Below are positions 9,130-17,017 of a stretch of 32,000 nt of DNA, in pieces. Every line of letters starts with the position of its first letter. The stretch's first letter is position 1. The notes under the pieces are model-generated. The model had not been told where the DNA came from and did not search any database. It saw only the letters and a list, made by a program, of their open reading frames with translations. This stretch comes from Nitrosospira multiformis ATCC 25196. Its GTDB lineage: Bacteria > Pseudomonadota > Gammaproteobacteria > Burkholderiales > Nitrosomonadaceae. The position numbers and the translations under genes were made by a program. Where the stretch lies: contig NC_007614.1 of NCBI RefSeq assembly GCF_000196355.1, positions 1,200,001-1,232,000 of the forward strand. The letters run 5' to 3'.

Positions 9130-9657
9130 TCAGTACCGGTCAGCTTGGCGCCAGGGGGCCACCTCGGCATCCGCAATCACCCTCTGGCCGGTAACGTGGA
9201 CACCATCAAAATCCGCGCGCTCGTGCGCGCCTACGAGGTAAGTTCCGGTCTTAACCAGGATCTCCACCTGTCCATTCGCTACCGCAACGCTGCCGCCAGC
9301 GGCGCGCTTGTTGACGCTGAAACGGGTGCCGGTGTCCCTGATATAAGTGGCTCCCACCTTCAGATTCAGTTTTCCGGGCTGGCTGCCCCTGACATCAAAG
9401 AAGGCGTTGCCCCGCAACAGTTCAATCCCGCTGGGTTCCGTATTGGTGACAGCAACACTGCTGTCGGCATCGAGACTGATGGCGATATCGGGCGTTACAA
9501 GAACGGTGAGCCGCTGGCCGGGAATGGTTTCATGGAGGCGTGTAGTAATCGGCTTGGCAATGAACCAGGATAACAGGCCGAGCCCTACGGCGATAGCTAC
9601 GATAGAGCCATGTACCACGAACGGTAGCCACCACCGGTCGCGAATCACGCCGGGCAT
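9130..9657 (-). CDS. Minimal FecR-domain protein (TM helix plus the FecR periplasmic core only)
   Basis: 175-aa ORF. It has an N-terminal TM (WWLPFVVHGSIVAIAVGLGLLSWFI) followed by the FecR-core pattern ISLDADSSVAV...IELLRGNAFFDV...IRDTGTRFSV...VAVANGQVEI...APWRQ. There is no N-terminal anti-sigma segment and no C-terminal domain. Confidence 0.7.
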   Translation of the reverse strand: MPGVIRDRWWLPFVVHGSIVAIAVGLGLLSWFIAKPITTRLHETIPGQRLTVLVTPDIAISLDADSSVAVTNTEPSGIELLRGNAFFDVRGSQPGKLNLKVGATYIRDTGTRFSVNKRAAGGSVAVANGQVEILVKTGTYLVGAHERADFDGVHVTGQRVIADAEVAPWRQADRY

Positions 9658-9758
9658 GCAACCATTATCCCCGCAATGACGGAGCGTTCGCCGGCGTATC
9701 TGTCATCGCTTGAATTGACCGTAATGATATTCCTTCCGCGGCCGCGCTTCGGCAATTG

Positions 9759-10178
9759 TTATTTTTGTGAAGGGTCGGTAACGAAACCTATTCGCACCAG
9801 TCCCGCCTTTGCTGCAATAGACATCACCTGCGCTACATGCTCGTAGTGGACATGTTTGTCGGCGCGGATATGAAGCTCGATATTGGGATTTTGCCCTACC
9901 GCTTCAGTGAAGCGCGGAGGCAGTTGATCCATTGTAACCGATTCACCGTTCCAGTAAAGAGTGGAGTCGTCACGCAAGGCGAATTCCACATGATCCGGTT
10001 GAGTGATGTTTGGACTGCTGGATGCCTTGGGCAGGTCGATTTTAACGGAATGCGTGAGCAACGGCGCCGTAATGATAAAAATCACCAGTAGTACCAGCAT
10101 CACGTCCACCAGGGGTACGACGTTGATTTCAGCCATGGGGAGCGGCCGGTTACTGCTGTTCATGCTGCCGAATGCCAT
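9759..10178 (-). CDS. exbD: ExbD/TolR biopolymer transport protein
   Basis: 139-aa ORF containing INVVPLVDVMLVLLVIFIITAPL, the hallmark Asp-containing TM. Its ATG overlaps the exbB stop by 1 nt (TAATG at 10176-10180). Confidence 0.85.
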   Translation of the reverse strand: MAFGSMNSSNRPLPMAEINVVPLVDVMLVLLVIFIITAPLLTHSVKIDLPKASSSPNITQPDHVEFALRDDSTLYWNGESVTMDQLPPRFTEAVGQNPNIELHIRADKHVHYEHVAQVMSIAAKAGLVRIGFVTDPSQK

Positions 10179-10942
10179 TACAGCCTCCTTTCGCCCGGTG
10201 CCGCTGCCGGGGAAATCAGCGGGGTAACCACCCGCAAGGAACGCTCGTCACCGGGAGCCCCGCCTGTTTTTGTTCCAACCGTGATCAGGACGAAAAGATC
10301 ATGGGCAAAGGCATCGAGTCGTGCCAGCCAGATGCGATTGCGCCGTCCAAATGTGTTATAGGCCAAAACCGCGGGAATTGCCACTGCCAGCCCGAGCGCT
10401 GTCATGATCAACGCTTCTCCCACGGGACCTGCTACCTTGTCCAGCGTTCCTTGGCCGGATAATCCAATCTGGATCAAGGCGTGATAGATGCCCCATACCG
10501 TGCCAAACAATCCGATATAGGGTGCCGCCGAACCCGCGGATGCGATCACGGTGAGACCATTTTCCACCTGTGCTGCTTCCTGGTCGAGACCATTGCGCAG
10601 TACGCGGGTGATGAATTCGCTCGCGCCCCCCGCTGCAGCGAGATTTTGCAATCCGTGTTTCTCCGAATCGGCGGCCGCGTTCATTGCCAATCGGGCAAGT
10701 TGCGCAAAGGCGTTGTCATCGGCGTCCTCTTTCAGCGTCGAATTTACTTCTTGCAACGACCCCGCGCTCCAGAAGCGCTTGAGAAAGGCGTCAGCCCGCT
10801 TTCCCGCCATGATATTGGAGATACCCTTGGTCAGGATGAGATACCAGCTTGCTACAGAGAGTGCAAGCAGCAGTATGAGCACCGTCATACCGACGCCGTC
10901 GAGCTGCGCCAGAAAATTTGAAAATCCGAGACCTGTTTGCAT
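10178..10942 (-). CDS. exbB: ExbB/TolQ/MotA-family proton channel
   Basis: ORF 10178..11008. The likely start is ATG 10942 (MQTGLGFSNFLAQLDG), 4 nt after the tonB stop. It has three TM segments and the motif PYIGLFGTVWGIYHAL. Confidence 0.85.
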   Translation of the reverse strand: MQTGLGFSNFLAQLDGVGMTVLILLLALSVASWYLILTKGISNIMAGKRADAFLKRFWSAGSLQEVNSTLKEDADDNAFAQLARLAMNAAADSEKHGLQNLAAAGGASEFITRVLRNGLDQEAAQVENGLTVIASAGSAAPYIGLFGTVWGIYHALIQIGLSGQGTLDKVAGPVGEALIMTALGLAVAIPAVLAYNTFGRRNRIWLARLDAFAHDLFVLITVGTKTGGAPGDERSLRVVTPLISPAAAPGERRL

Positions 10943-10946
10943 TAGG

Positions 10947-11618
10947 TTAATCTCCTTGGAGTACAAAGTTGAAGGGTTGCAGGGCAACAGCCCGCACCGG
11001 TTGACCATTGCGTACGGTGGGTGTGCAGCGCCAGGTTTTGACAGCGGCCATGGCAGCTTCGTCCAACCGTTTGAAACCGCTGCTGTTCACTACGTGTGCC
11101 ACATCGACGTATCCTTTTTCATCCAGTTCCACTCTTAGCACGAGCTTTCCTTCTTCACCCAGCCGTTTCGAAAGTGCCGGGTAAGTCGGTGCATTCAAGT
11201 GGGGGCACGCGACTGATAATTCCGAGGAAAGTGAAACCGGACCAGCCGGCATTTGCGGCGCAGGAGCTGCTTCCACTACCGGTTCGGGTTCGGCTTCAGG
11301 CTCGGCTTCGAGTGCCGGTTCCGGCGGGGGAGGCGGGGCGACTGGCTCACTCTCGGACAATGGGGGCGCTTTTGCAACGAGTTGCTGCGGTTGCGGTTTC
11401 TTTACAGGTTTAGGCTTGGGCTTGGGCGGAGGAGGTGGCGTTTCAGGCTTGGCCTCTTCCTTCGGCTGGGGCGAAGGAATGAAATTTACCATCAGTGTCG
11501 CTAATTGTTCCGGCGGGGGAATCAACTGTTGCTTGAACAGGAAATAAAGCAATCCGGCGTGGATCACAACGACGAACACCAGGCCAGACAAGGATATGCT
11601 GCTGTGCTTGAAGGTCAT
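10947..11618 (-). CDS. tonB: TonB energy transducer
   Basis: ORF 10947..11678. It has an N-terminal TM with the S...H motif (SLSGLVFVVVIHAGLLYF) and a Pro-rich spacer (PETPPPPPKPKPKPVKKPQP, EPEAEPEPV). The TonB C-domain is present (YPALSKRLGEEGKLVLRVELDEKGYV...SSGFKRLDEAAMAAVKTWRCTP). The start is ambiguous: 11618, 11648 or 11678. I prefer 11618 because it avoids overlap with the upstream gene. Confidence 0.8.
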   Translation of the reverse strand: MTFKHSSISLSGLVFVVVIHAGLLYFLFKQQLIPPPEQLATLMVNFIPSPQPKEEAKPETPPPPPKPKPKPVKKPQPQQLVAKAPPLSESEPVAPPPPPEPALEAEPEAEPEPVVEAAPAPQMPAGPVSLSSELSVACPHLNAPTYPALSKRLGEEGKLVLRVELDEKGYVDVAHVVNSSGFKRLDEAAMAAVKTWRCTPTVRNGQPVRAVALQPFNFVLQGD

Positions 11619-11634
11619 TGCCTGCCCTGCGGTC

Positions 11635-12216
11635 TCAATACTTTCCATTCTGCTTTCCGTTCGCGGTATCGACGGCATTTCGCGCCAGCCATTCCTCGAC
11701 GAGCGACTTGTTGATCAGGCCCATCTTGACCGTGCGCTGGTGTTTCTGATCATAGAAATAGGTCCGCGGCACTTCGCCGTACCAGCGGCCATCGATTTCC
11801 TGGCGCAGGCGTTCCGGCATATCCTCTGCGAAAACCCATTGTTCGAATTTGGCCGTTCCATAGTTTCCCGCCCGGTCGGCGAGTTGAGGCATATCATCGA
11901 CCGTGTCGGTAGCAATCAGTACCACATCCAGCCCGGGGTGACTCTTTTCAAGCTCGCTTAGCATTTTGAGTTCGGTGGGGCAATACTGGCAGTCGAGAGA
12001 CCAGAGGACGAGGATGAAAGGTTTGTTCGCCCGGGATGCAAGCACCTGCTTGAGACTCCCCGATGTAAAAGGGCGAATACTTTCCGCTGCGGCGACAATG
12101 TCGACAGCACCGAGGAAGAACATCAGTACGAGTGCCATCCGAAGTACAAGACTGCCGTAACTACCTGCCGGACGGTGGAGGGCCGGGGCAGACGGGAATT
12201 TCAGAGTACTGGGCAT
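11635..12216 (-). CDS. Secreted or membrane-anchored thioredoxin-fold (TlpA/redoxin-like) protein
   Basis: 193-aa ORF. It has an N-terminal hydrophobic signal/anchor (LVLRMALVLMFFLGAVDIVAA) and a CxxC active site in FILVLWSLDCQYCPTEL. It is the first gene of the tonB-exbBD string. Confidence 0.7.
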   Translation of the reverse strand: MPSTLKFPSAPALHRPAGSYGSLVLRMALVLMFFLGAVDIVAAAESIRPFTSGSLKQVLASRANKPFILVLWSLDCQYCPTELKMLSELEKSHPGLDVVLIATDTVDDMPQLADRAGNYGTAKFEQWVFAEDMPERLRQEIDGRWYGEVPRTYFYDQKHQRTVKMGLINKSLVEEWLARNAVDTANGKQNGKY

Positions 12217-12769
12217 TGGTGGTAATGTAAATCTAATTAAGAATCACTTGCAATTCAAGGCGGGATTGTACCACTAACAGTCGGCCGCACAAATATTCGA
12301 ATGCAGTTTCAGAATTTTTTGGTCAACTTTTTTCAACTTTGGAAAGGAATTTTCCATATCTCCGACGATCCCGCATCCATGATAGGCAGGAAAAAGCATT
12401 ATCGCAATGTGACAAATTGTCGCAGGAGCAGAAGATAGTTCCTCCGAAAAACTTCCTTAGACTCGAGTCCGATCCCGGGCTTCTTGCGATACGATATGGA
12501 GCATGAGATCATGAAGATTATATTTCTGCATACCTTGCTCAAGCCGATCCCTTGAGGGGCATACGAATAAACTCCTGCTGGAATAAACTTCCCCTGGCAT
12601 TACCTGCTTTGTTAAAACAACTATAGTAACCCGTCAAAAGTTTGATAACATTGCCGCCGGTGAGTTTGCTCCTGTTCTTTCATCTTCCAAGAGGCGAATC
12701 GTCCTGGCTACAAAACAGGAATTTTCGAATTTTCTGGCTGAAATCGAACGGCGCGCCTACAAGCAAGCT

Positions 12770-13279
12770 TTGTTTGCCATACGCGATGAACATCTTGCCC
12801 TGGATATTGTTCAGGATTCGATGATGAAGCTTGTCGAGAAGTATTCGGCCAAACCGCTGGAAGAATTACCTCTCCTGTTTCAACGCATCCTGCAAAATAC
12901 CATCCGGGATTTTTATCGTCGACAGAAAACGCGTTCACTGTGGACGACGCTGTTTTCAGCATTCATTCCTTCCGATCATGAAAAGGAAAGCGAAGATTTC
13001 GATCTGCTGGAAACTTTGCAATCCGACCCGTCATCATCTAAGGTTAATGACCCCCACCAACAACTCGAACAGTCGCAACTTATCAATCTGCTCGAGAGGG
13101 CTATTGAAACCCTGCCAGCACGTCAACGCGAGGCTTTTCTACTGCGTTACTGGGAGGAAATGGATGTTATGGAAACTGCAAAAATCATGGGGTGCTCCGA
13201 GGGGAGTGTGAAAACGCACTGTTCCCGTGCAACTCATACACTTGCCGCAATGTTGAAAAAACATGGAATTGGGCTATGA
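12770..13279 (+). CDS. ECF-subfamily RNA polymerase sigma factor (minimal canonical-start ORF; the true start is probably upstream)
   Basis: Region 2 is present (LALDIVQDSMMKLVEKY...FQRILQNTIRDFYRRQK). Region 4 is present (LPARQREAFLLRYWEEMDVMETAKIMGCSEGSVKTHCSRATHTL). The track start at 12770 is TTG. In-frame sequence upstream (open from 12587) still reads like sigma region 2.1. Confidence 0.85.
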   Translation: MFAIRDEHLALDIVQDSMMKLVEKYSAKPLEELPLLFQRILQNTIRDFYRRQKTRSLWTTLFSAFIPSDHEKESEDFDLLETLQSDPSSSKVNDPHQQLEQSQLINLLERAIETLPARQREAFLLRYWEEMDVMETAKIMGCSEGSVKTHCSRATHTLAAMLKKHGIGL

Positions 13280-13653
13280 GTGAAACTGATGTAGGGAGGG
13301 GAGTAGCGCGGTTGCTGGATCGCGGACTCGATGACCTCAAGCAGGGTACATTGAATCGTCTTCAGTCTGCGCGCAGGGCTTCTCTGGAAAATTACCATGT
13401 GGCGGAAACAGTCGTCCAGCTTGGCCGGAGCGGGCAGGTCGTTTCATCGCGAGGGGGGCATCATGGTCATTCGCGAGTTGGCAAGTTGTTATCGGTGATA
13501 ACATTATTGCTGGCTTTGGCGGGTGCCATTTATTGGCAGAATTTGCAGCAGAGTGATGAGAATGAGGAAATCGAGATAATGCTGCTCGTGGATGATCTGC
13601 CGATAGATGCCTATCTGGACGATGAGTTCGGTGAATGGTTAAATCAGTCATAG
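13276..13653 (+). CDS. 125-aa single-pass membrane protein, candidate anti-sigma factor (resembles the DUF3619 family from memory)
   Basis: Its ATG at 13276 overlaps the sigma stop (ATGA, 13276-13279). It has one TM (LLSVITLLLALAGAIYW, aa 71-87) and a 38-aa C-terminal tail with 12 Asp/Glu and no Lys/Arg/His. The track's longer start at 13192 would overlap sigma region 4 by 88 nt. Confidence 0.6.
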   Translation: MSETDVGRGVARLLDRGLDDLKQGTLNRLQSARRASLENYHVAETVVQLGRSGQVVSSRGGHHGHSRVGKLLSVITLLLALAGAIYWQNLQQSDENEEIEIMLLVDDLPIDAYLDDEFGEWLNQS

Positions 13654-14000
13654 CCATCACCTCGGCGCTGTATCTGTTACTTTCGGTCCCGGTTGAAGCA
13701 GGTCAACCTGCCTGGGAAGAATTGAAGCCGCAGCAAAAAGAGGCTTTGGCTCCGCTCGCACAGGAGTGGAACGGGATGGACCCTGCCAAGAAGAAGAAAT
13801 GGCTGGGTATTGCCAAACGCTATCCGCATATGACACCCGAGGAGCAGCACCGGACCCAATTGCAGATGCGGGACTGGTATTCGCTGACTCCCGAACAGCG
13901 GGAGCTGGTACGTGAAAAGTATAAAACCATCAAGAAATTACCGCCGGAAAAGCGCCAGGAAATAAAGCGCAAATGGCGTGAGCATGAGCACCAGCAATGA
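13635..14000 (+). CDS. 121-aa secreted basic repeat protein (resembles the DUF3106 family from memory)
   Basis: It has a signal peptide MVKSVIAITSALYLLLSVPVEA|GQP followed by five 18-residue repeats starting at aa 30, 48, 66, 84 and 102. It overlaps the preceding gene by 19 nt. Confidence 0.65.
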   Translation: MVKSVIAITSALYLLLSVPVEAGQPAWEELKPQQKEALAPLAQEWNGMDPAKKKKWLGIAKRYPHMTPEEQHRTQLQMRDWYSLTPEQRELVREKYKTIKKLPPEKRQEIKRKWREHEHQQ

Positions 14001-14137
14001 AGCATCCTACTATAGCAGCCGGTTCAAAAGACAGGCGCCCTCGGGTCTTCTGAGTTCTGGTTGCTTTCTGTTTTTTTCCAATACTGTACTGCAATAAGAC
14101 CAATACGAAAGCTTTTCTGAATGAAATTCCCGATACC

Positions 14138-14554
14138 ATGAAAATTTCCGCGCCGGGGCTGGGGCGGAGATTACTGAGTATGTTGTACGAATCGCTGATT
14201 CTGGTTGCAGTTCTGTTTGTCGCCAGTTTCGTTTTTCATCTTGTTTTCCGGGATACCAGTTCCGTTTTTTTTCGACCCGCATTCCAGCTTTATCTGCTCG
14301 TGGTTGCAGGTATTTATTTCACCTGGTTCTGGACTCACGGTGGACAAACATTGCCCATGCAAACCTGGAAGCTTCGTGTAATCAGTGCCGATGGAAGCCG
14401 CCTTAATTTGAAGCAGGCGTTTGCACGTTATCTGTTTGCCGTCATCGGCATCTTTTTGCTCGGTTGCGGAATATTATGGGCATTATTCGACCGGGATGGA
14501 TTGTTCCTGCATGATCGGCTTGCGGGTACCCGGATCGTGAAGATCGAGCAGTAA
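14138..14554 (+). CDS. RDD-family integral membrane protein
   Basis: 138-aa ORF. It has Arg near the N-terminus (GRRLLSMLYESLI), three hydrophobic helices, and the C-terminal LFDRDGLFLHDRLAGTRIV signature of RDD proteins. Confidence 0.75.
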   Translation: MKISAPGLGRRLLSMLYESLILVAVLFVASFVFHLVFRDTSSVFFRPAFQLYLLVVAGIYFTWFWTHGGQTLPMQTWKLRVISADGSRLNLKQAFARYLFAVIGIFLLGCGILWALFDRDGLFLHDRLAGTRIVKIEQ

Positions 14555-14654
14555 GAAACCTGACGGGAACGTATAGGGGGCGCTCGTCATCTTGCCGTGA
14601 AACCCCCGCTTCAAATCGGCTGCTTCAATGGCTGATAGGGAATACTGCCCGAGG

Positions 14655-16115
14655 CTACGCTGTTCCTCCCACCGTCAGTCCATCTATGCGAAGGGTGGGT
14701 TGACCCACGCCTACGGGCACGCTCTGGCCTTCCTTGCCACACGTCCCGACCCCGGGATCAAGCGACAGATCGTTGCCGATCATCGAAACGCGGGTGAGTA
14801 TATCAGGACCATTGCCAATGAGAGTGGCGCCCTTCACCGGATACGAAATTTTTCCATTTTCGATCATGTAGGCTTCCGCAGCCGAAAATACGAATTTTCC
14901 GCTGGTGATATCTACCTGTCCCCCGCCGAAATTGACCGCATATAATCCGTGCTTCACGGAAGCGATGATTTCTTCCGGAGTTTTGTCCCCATTCAGCATA
15001 TAAGTATTCGTCATGCGCGGCATGGGAATGTGCGCAAATGATTCGCGTCTTGCATTTCCTGTGACGGGAACGTTCATCAGCCGTGCATTCAGGCTGTCCT
15101 GCAAATAACCCTTGAGTATTCCGTTTTCGATCAGCATTGTGCACTGGGTGGGGTTCCCTTCGTCATCGACGTTGAGCGAGCCCCGCCGGCGTGCAATAGT
15201 GCCATCATCCACCACCGTCACTCCCGGTGCAGCCACGCGTTCGCCGATTCGACCCGCAAATGCGGAACTCCCTTTGCGGTTGAAGTCTCCTTCCAACCCG
15301 TGGCCAATGGCCTCATGCAACAGTATTCCCGGCCAACCCGAACCGAGCACCACAGTCATGGTTCCGGCAGGCGCCGGTTTTGCATGCAGGTTGACAACCG
15401 CTTGGTGAACCGCTTTTGCAGCATAGTCGCGCAGCACGTCATCCGTGAAGTATGCATAGTCGAAGCGTCCTCCTCCTCCTGCAACTCCTTGCTCACGGTT
15501 GCCGTTTTCCTCGGCAATAACCTGCAATGAGAGACGCACAAGCGGGCGCACATCGGCTGCCAGAAGACCATCACTGCGGGCAACGAGAACCACTTCGTAT
15601 TCCCCTGAGAGGGAAGCCATGACTTGGATAACACGTTTGTCCAGCGCCCGCGCATAACTTTCGAGCTTTTCGAGCAAAGCCACCTTGTCCGTATCCTTGA
15701 GGCTGGCAATCGGGTCTTCAGGCAGATAAAGCTCCCGCCCCTTGCTGCGTTTGACAACTTGCACCGATTGCGTGACGCCATGGCGAGCGATGGCTCGCGT
15801 AGCCTGTGCGGCAGACACCAGCGCAGGCATGCTGATGTCGTCCGAATACGCAAAGGCGGTCTTATCTCCGCTGACTGCGCGTACACCCACGCCTTGATCG
15901 ATATTAAAGCTGCCGGATTTGACTATGCCTTCTTCCAGAGCCCAGCCCTCGGCTCGGCTATACTGAAAATACAGGTCGGCATAATCGATGCGGTGCGCAA
16001 GCAGCTGGCCGAACACGTTCTGTAACCCGGTTGCATCCAGTTCATGAGGTGCAAGCAGACAATTGTTGGCCGTCGCGAAAAGATCGTTAACCTGGATAGT
16101 CTGTTCTGTAATCAT
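14655..16115 (-). CDS. tldD: TldD metalloprotease (PmbA/TldD family)
   Basis: ORF 14655..16160. It has the [11 protein letters not shown] zinc motif and is collinear by eye with E. coli TldD from MITEQ... ([24 protein letters not shown]). ATG 16115 gives 486 aa. The alternative TTG at 16160 overlaps the upstream stop by 2 nt. Confidence 0.9.
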   Translation of the reverse strand: MITEQTIQVNDLFATANNCLLAPHELDATGLQNVFGQLLAHRIDYADLYFQYSRAEGWALEEGIVKSGSFNIDQGVGVRAVSGDKTAFAYSDDISMPALVSAAQATRAIARHGVTQSVQVVKRSKGRELYLPEDPIASLKDTDKVALLEKLESYARALDKRVIQVMASLSGEYEVVLVARSDGLLAADVRPLVRLSLQVIAEENGNREQGVAGGGGRFDYAYFTDDVLRDYAAKAVHQAVVNLHAKPAPAGTMTVVLGSGWPGILLHEAIGHGLEGDFNRKGSSAFAGRIGERVAAPGVTVVDDGTIARRRGSLNVDDEGNPTQCTMLIENGILKGYLQDSLNARLMNVPVTGNARRESFAHIPMPRMTNTYMLNGDKTPEEIIASVKHGLYAVNFGGGQVDITSGKFVFSAAEAYMIENGKISYPVKGATLIGNGPDILTRVSMIGNDLSLDPGVGTCGKEGQSVPVGVGQPTLRIDGLTVGGTA

Positions 16116-16156
16116 GGTAGTTAGTGGGGGAGAAGGAGAACAAGGTTCAACGGAAT

Positions 16157-17017
16157 TCAAAAGTAACGCAGCGTGCGGTGATTCAAGGCGGGCAGGCTGC
16201 TGCGCAAGCTCGCCTGATATTCAGGATCAATATCCGCGATGACAACTCCGGGTCCGCGCGGGAGGCGGTCCAGCACCACGCCCCAGGGATCGACTATCAT
16301 GCTGTCCCCATGGGTTTCCCGCCCATTGATATGGTATCCACCCTGAGCAGGCGCAACGACGTATGCCAGATTTTCGATGGCCCGGGCACGAATCAAGGTT
16401 TCCCAATGCGCCTTGCCCGTCGTGGCGGTGAAAGCCGCCGGGGCGAAGATAATGTCTACCTGCCCCATGGAACGGTAAAGCTCGGGAAAGCGGATATCGT
16501 AGCAGATGGAAAGTCCGATGCGGCCAAAGGGGGATTCCAGGGCAACGACACCCTGGCCTGCCTCGATGGTTTCTTCTTCGGCATAGCGTTCAGTTCCCAG
16601 CTCCAGGCCGAACAAATGTATTTTGTCGTACCGTGCGACCTGCTCACCGTTGTCGTTGTATACCAGGCAACTGTTTCGCACCTTGTCAGGCCGGGAAGAA
16701 ACCAGGGGTACTGAACCGCCTACCAGCCATATGCCGAGACGCTTGGCAGTATTGCCCAGGAATTCCTGTATCGGCCCCTGATTATCCTGCTCACGGGCCG
16801 CTACTCTATCGGCATCCTCCATTCCCATCAGGCAGAAATACTCGGGGAGCGCCGCCAGCTTCGCGCCGCGTGATGCAGCAATATCCAGAAGCCGTCCGGC
16901 TTCTTCCAGATTGGCGTAGATATTCGGGCCTGCCGCCATCTGAATGGCCGCAACACGAACCGGGCCCGTGGGAACTGTTTCAGGAGGCAGTGAGTTACAG
17001 GCTAGGGAGTCTTGCAT
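16157..17017 (-). CDS. Carbon-nitrogen hydrolase (nitrilase superfamily, Nit/omega-amidase-like)
   Basis: 286-aa ORF with the Glu-Lys-Cys triad contexts LPEYF, YDKIHLF and [12 protein letters not shown]. Confidence 0.85.
   Translation of the reverse strand: MQDSLACNSLPPETVPTGPVRVAAIQMAAGPNIYANLEEAGRLLDIAASRGAKLAALPEYFCLMGMEDADRVAAREQDNQGPIQEFLGNTAKRLGIWLVGGSVPLVSSRPDKVRNSCLVYNDNGEQVARYDKIHLFGLELGTERYAEEETIEAGQGVVALESPFGRIGLSICYDIRFPELYRSMGQVDIIFAPAAFTATTGKAHWETLIRARAIENLAYVVAPAQGGYHINGRETHGDSMIVDPWGVVLDRLPRGPGVVIADIDPEYQASLRSSLPALNHRTLRYF

Noticed and set aside
11250-11470. Short periodic DNA repeats (ggttcgggttcggcttcaggctcggcttcg; ggcttgggcttgggc), considered as a tandem-repeat or CRISPR-like element
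   Set aside because: They encode the Pro-Glu/Pro-Lys spacer of TonB, which is coding low complexity. There is no repeat-spacer architecture.
12230-12262. Possible Fur box upstream of the trx-tonB operon (ctaattaagaatcacttgc)
   Set aside because: My by-eye alignment to GATAATGATAATCATTATC gives only about 10 of 19 matches. The only symmetry is GAAT-N8-ATTC, which is too weak to call.
12496-12555. 19-codon mini-ORF (MEHEIMKIIFLHTLLKPIP) in the sigma upstream region, considered as a leader peptide
   Set aside because: It has no Shine-Dalgarno sequence, no regulatory-codon run and no adjacent alternative hairpins.
14001-14137. Possible terminator in the T-rich stretch (ctttctgttttttt) between the repeat-protein gene and the RDD gene
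   Set aside because: I could not find a convincing GC-rich stem immediately upstream of the T-tract. Only a 5-bp aagac/gtctt pairing is present.
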